Shown piece by piece: positions 33,467 to 38,042 of a DNA stretch of 38,042 nt. Origin of the DNA: Asterionella formosa (lineage: Eukaryota); assembly GCA_002256025.1 (NCBI GenBank), contig NKIB01009402.1, positions 62,001 through 100,042 on the forward strand, given 5' to 3'. A model generated the notes under the pieces. The model ran no database searches, was not told the DNA's origin, and was given only the letters and a program-made list of their open reading frames with translations. Both the position numbers and the translations under genes were made by a program. The stretch's first letter is position 1. Every line of letters starts with the position of its first letter.

Positions 33467-35139
33467 ACTCAGATTCTGAAACTCATCTGAATTCATGCTG
33501 CAAATCCCATTTCCTTTTGATCCGATTCTGTTTTATCCATTTTGATTTCCTAATCATAACAACAATGAGAAGGAATTACTCGCTTGTTAGCCATGTTTTG
33601 TTTATACCTCAACACTGCAGTCCCAATTTAGCATGCTCCACTTACCAGAAATCGATGAATTTTTCGCATATTTCAGTAAAATATTGTGTCAGTCAATGAA
33701 AACATAAGTACAAGTCAATAAACCGTTCCATAAATGTCATTTATAACTTACAACAAAACTGTTTGATTAAAATTATCCTGAAAGATTGAAAAACAAACAT
33801 GTGTCAGTGAAGTTCTAACAGTGGCTCATTGATCCAACAAGAGCATTTACAAGTTTTTGGTCGACATTGGTGGTATCCCGCTGAATGCGAAATGTGCTTT
33901 TGAATCGCTAGGGAAGAAGGCAATCATTTTGCTAGTCTTTGTGAACCCAACAATTGATCACCTTGGCATGTACTCTTGACATACCATAGCTAGATTCCAT
34001 TCACTCTTCCATTTTCAATCCTTGTAAGCCGCAAGGTTTATCATCATTGTATGCGTTGAAGCGTCGTTCTTTCAGTTTTCCTTGTTTGTCACAGGGCAGA
34101 GATTATCTTTCATTTCAGGATAAGGAACCTCTAAACATGATTTCAAATGTATAGGCTATTTATACATTTACAAAAATTTGAAAACGTAAAAATATATAGA
34201 CATAATGTTTATACTATCATCAATTAAGCTTATACATAATTCAAATATATACAATGCATGAGGATATCATTGTTTTCCACGACCTGATGTACTTTCTTCG
34301 ATTTTTTCCGCATCAATTCTTGTACCTACAAGTAAGTAATTTAATTAAGCCCCTCAATTAGCGGGAGTCATACGAAATTTTCATAAGGTGCAAATCATAA
34401 ATATTTACTGGTAGATGAATTACTCGAATCAATCTTTATGATTTACTGATCATACCTCCTGGTTAGAAATGATTGCCGATAAATACGATCACAGATGACG
34501 ATTTTTAAGCGTAGTGTTTACACAATACACATGCCGGCATATATATAGCTAAAACAACGAAAGAAGACACAACAATGAACGTGATGGCTGGTTGTTGAGG
34601 ATACCGGTATGTGATAGGCATCAATCCATGTCACAAATCATATTATAGTGATGTACATATCAATGCATCTGTACACTTAGATCCTATCCACTGTATAATA
34701 CTATCATATTAACTGTTGACTTTAACTGTATACATTAAACGACAAACATATATATTAATTAACATACTTTATGATTGCTTGATTTATTTTCTATGATGTC
34801 TTGGTAACACTTGCGTACATATTTGATCGTATTTTATTGTCATTGTACTATTTTAACATAATCATATTTTGATCAAAATTAAATCGTAAACATTGTATAA
34901 AATCATTATAGTTTTATGATCAATGGATCATAGCTATGTGATGTACTTTATTCAATATTACATATCATACTTTGGTGATGTATGCATCGATGTAACCCTA
35001 TCATGATATCACATTGTTATCATCGCTCGTATCAATCATGATGAGATGATTGGGAAGCAACTGTATTCTGCATTGTGCTACGGGTTATATTATTATATCA
35101 CGCAATTTAGTAGCTAAGCCACTCCGCCTGTAATGTACA

Positions 35140-35595
35140 AAAGTCGACAGTGCACATACTCACACGCTAATCAAGTTTGAGGCAACGGACAATGGTTCCA
35201 ACAAGCAAATGATGATACCACGAGTACCAATTTTTCCAGCCAAAGAACTTGTCTCTCTATTGATGAGGATGACACGGACACCGACTTTTCCAGGAGCAAA
35301 CAACAATGAACAGACCCACTTGTCGCTCTATTGATGTTAACAAAGATGCGGACAAGTTCAACAGTGAATACAAGAACAACATACCAATGAAAACAAGTCG
35401 ACAGTGTGTGTACGCACACTCCAAGCACGTTTGAGGCAACGGACAGTTCCAACAAGCAAATGACGATACAGATATCAATTTTTCCTATGAGCAAACAACA
35501 ATGAAAAGAGCCACTTGCTTTCGCTCTCTTGATGGTATGAAAGATGCGGACAAGTTCAATAGTTAATTCAAGTACAGTATGCCAAATGCAGAAAC
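35140..35595 (+). repeat. Diverged tandem duplication (~250 and ~200 bp)
   Basis: Both copies carry aagtcgacagtg...gtttgaggcaacggaca...ttccaacaagcaaatga...gagcaaacaacaatgaa...aaagatgcggacaagttcaa. Confidence 0.85.
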
Positions 35596-35671
35596 GAGCG
35601 ATAACGAAAAAGAAATTAACACTGGTACCTGGTACTACCGTTTATTGTATCATCTATTGTACTAGTACCAA

Positions 35672-35935
35672 TATGTTGCACAGATATTTTTGTATGTGTA
35701 TGTAAACGTATGTACACAATTGATTTGAATTTAAATCATGCCCATCATAGGGATACCTATATATGTAGCACACATATATTTGCATGTAAACGTACATACC
35801 AGTATACGATTGATTTGAATTTAAATTATGTCCATCATAGTGACACCTATATACTGGTATGTTGTACAGATATTTGTTTGTAAATGTACAATGTGTACGA
35901 TTGATTTGAATTTGAATCATGCCCATGATAGGGAT
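35672..35935 (+). repeat. Tandem repeat, ~90-bp unit, 3 copies
   Basis: ttgatttgaattt.aa..atg.ccat.atag recurs at ~35720, ~35810 and ~35901. Confidence 0.85.
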
Positions 35936-36126
35936 AGGGTTAGGGAGTGACTTTGGTATACCGGTATCTAAAGGTGATTAAGGGTACACAATATCACGTA
36001 TTTATACAACAATGTGGCATTGGTATCTGTTGGTGATGAAGGGGACGCAATAACACTTTCTCGTACAAACAAGGTGACATTGGTATCTATTGTCACCTCG
36101 TACACAGGCTACAACACGTTCTTGTA

Positions 36127-36438
36127 TCTTATTTATTGGCAATCATATCTCATCAGAAAGTATGATCTGTAATTTTTAAGTATTAAGATATATTCACGTT
36201 AAAGGGAAGATCAAAAAGCTACCAATTGTAATCTGTAATCTTATTATTGGCAATCATATCTAACCAGAGTATGATCTGTAAATTTTTAGTAGTAAGATAT
36301 ATTCATATTAAAAGTAAGATAAAAAAATAGAGATTGTTATCTGTGATATTATTTATTGGCAATCGTATCTAACCAAAGTATGATCTGTTGTTTTTTAGTA
36401 GTAAGATATATTAATGTTAAAAGTAAGATCAAAAAAGC
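36127..36438 (+). repeat. Tandem repeat, ~110-bp unit, 3 copies
   Basis: tattggcaatc.tatct...agtatgatctgt...taagatatatt recurs at ~36135, ~36245 and ~36354. Confidence 0.88.
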
Positions 36439-36669
36439 GGCGGAACATGCATATTACACTGTGCTCTCCTGTTCAACAATTACTACACTCGGTTACCATC
36501 ACACCAGTTCCACCTCCACAAGCGCCGCAAAAAGCTCCGCGTTTCCCTTCCACTGTTTTACATCATAGTCTTCTGGCCCTTTGACAACTTTCCAAATGGC
36601 ATTTCACGGATTTCATGGAAAGGATCAGTCAAACAAGAAACGAGACTTACTTCCATTGTTTACACTACA

Positions 36670-37470
36670 CGACTTTATGTTTTCAGAAAAGAAGATGAAG
36701 AAACTTATGAAATCAATCGAAGATTCCTTTGAATACACTCAAAGATCAAATGAATTTGAACAGATTCATAATACTCCAGAAAATAATAATAATGAAGCAA
36801 GTATGCCGATACAAGAGTGACTGAGATTGAAAAGAAGGAAAGATTGCTTTCGAAGAGCCAAGGAAACCCAAACAGTTGGTCTTCGTGGATGAAGACTCTA
36901 TTCGTACAGAGTCACAGTTCCACCATCCAGTGTCGTATTTTGCTCATTCTCTCGAAATCGCTGATAATGAAGAAGAACTCAGTGATTCTCATTCATTTGA
37001 TGAACAAAATCATGCGATGAATGAAAATATCGGCGGAAATGTGACAGACATCACTTCAGAAGTAGAAATGGTTGAAAAATTGCAAAACCAAGAAACATAT
37101 CTCACTGTCTGTCCAGAACATCAAGATGAACATCATGAAAGCAGAGAAACTATTGCATTTCTAAAAGAACCGATATTCAAGAAAAAGTCTGAGCTAGATC
37201 AAGACCTCGAATTCAAGAAGATCAATGCAGACAGAGAGGTGATGCTGGCTTAGGCAGTTGATGCTCTGATTAGGGAACGAAGTCAGAAACACAAAATTGA
37301 ATCTTTTTCCAAATCATACATGGAAGAAAAGAGAAAAATCATTGAGAACAATCCCGAAGGCGGCTACTTTTGTGAAGAGTCAGCATGTGAAATGTGTAGA
37401 GTTATTATGCCAAAGCAACATCTAAGACGCCGTTTACGGCACTTTTTCGAATTTATGTCTAAAGTGACGT
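36670..37470 (+). pseudogene. Disrupted ORF of unknown family (acidic/coiled-coil with a CxxxxCxxC motif)
   Basis: Protein-like text runs through ORFs 36581, 36817, 36876 and 37320 via two apparent frameshifts and one in-frame TAG (37251-37253); it ends in YFCEESACEMC. Confidence 0.45.
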
Positions 37471-37472
37471 AT

Positions 37473-37550
37473 TTATGCTACTTTTTTAAAATATTATGTT
37501 ACTTTTCTAAAATATTATGTTTCTTTTTTGAAATATTATGCTACTTTTTC
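37473..37550 (+). repeat. 21-bp tandem repeat, ~4 copies
   Basis: aaatattatg(c/t)t(a/t)ctttt units. Confidence 0.75.
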
Positions 37551-38042
37551 CCTAATTTATTCGGGTTAAACAAAAATTTATTTCACTTATCGAATAATTA
37601 TGTGATCACACCAATAATTATGTGTGTTCGTGACAATATATGTTGACCAACTAGCCATCGCAACAGTTTAAAAGAGAAATTATGATGCTCTGCCGCAATA
37701 TTATGCTGCTTTCACCAAATAATGAACGAAAGAGTCGCCAATTCCGATTCACTTATTATTTTTTCCGCTCCGACATATTTCTTTGATCTGAACTGGCAAA
37801 GAATAACACATGCAAGAGGAAGATTCACACAGTAGAATTCAGCACACGTAGTAGTATTTGATGTTGTAGACACATTATCAAGTCATTGTTGATTGTAGAG
37901 ATTACAATAGCCTGCCAGATTGGAAATAAAGCACCGTTGGTACTCGTTGAGCATCGTTGAGCATTGCATGTCTCCGTAGTGAATCGAAATTGAGATGTGC
38001 CACAATGGCCTTCTCCGTTTCGGAGCAGCTACAAATAGTCTA

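Noticed and set aside
33148..33699. 183-aa ORF
   Set aside because: It is largely a translation of the minisatellite and has no domain signal.
35930..35945. Telomere-like agggatagggttaggg
   Set aside because: Only one perfect TTAGGG unit, which is insufficient.

Overview
Eukaryotic nuclear DNA, most likely from a diatom or related ochrophyte. This is inferred from short GT-AG introns, a nuclear sigma-70 gene with a signal peptide plus ASAFAP-like plastid transit motif, and diatom-type LRR, ankyrin-like and Cys-rich families. About 11 intact protein genes are supported: an SGNH hydrolase, a YnfA membrane protein, three ankyrin-like paralogs, a CYP33-type RRM protein, a probable CENP-P-like protein, a divergent plastid sigma factor, a METTL24-like protein, a Cys-rich GPI-type protein and a longin R-SNARE. 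There is also one disrupted LRR gene that spans an assembly gap. Gene islands alternate with decayed mobile DNA: a TIR-bounded DD39D-type mariner, a MITE-like element, a BED-finger hAT relic, a tRNA-derived SINE-like element and several tandem-repeat arrays. The most notable observations are (1) a plastid sigma factor lacking the canonical -10 melting and -35 reading residues, (2) a candidate CENP-P (CCAN) homolog, (3) GGTACC/CCAGGTA motif clusters that recur upstream of gene 5' ends, (4) an R-SNARE with Asn at the zero layer, and (5) a tRNA-derived SINE-like insertion. No single multi-gene novel system can be demonstrated from the sequence alone. All family assignments are by-eye motif recognition, not database searches.
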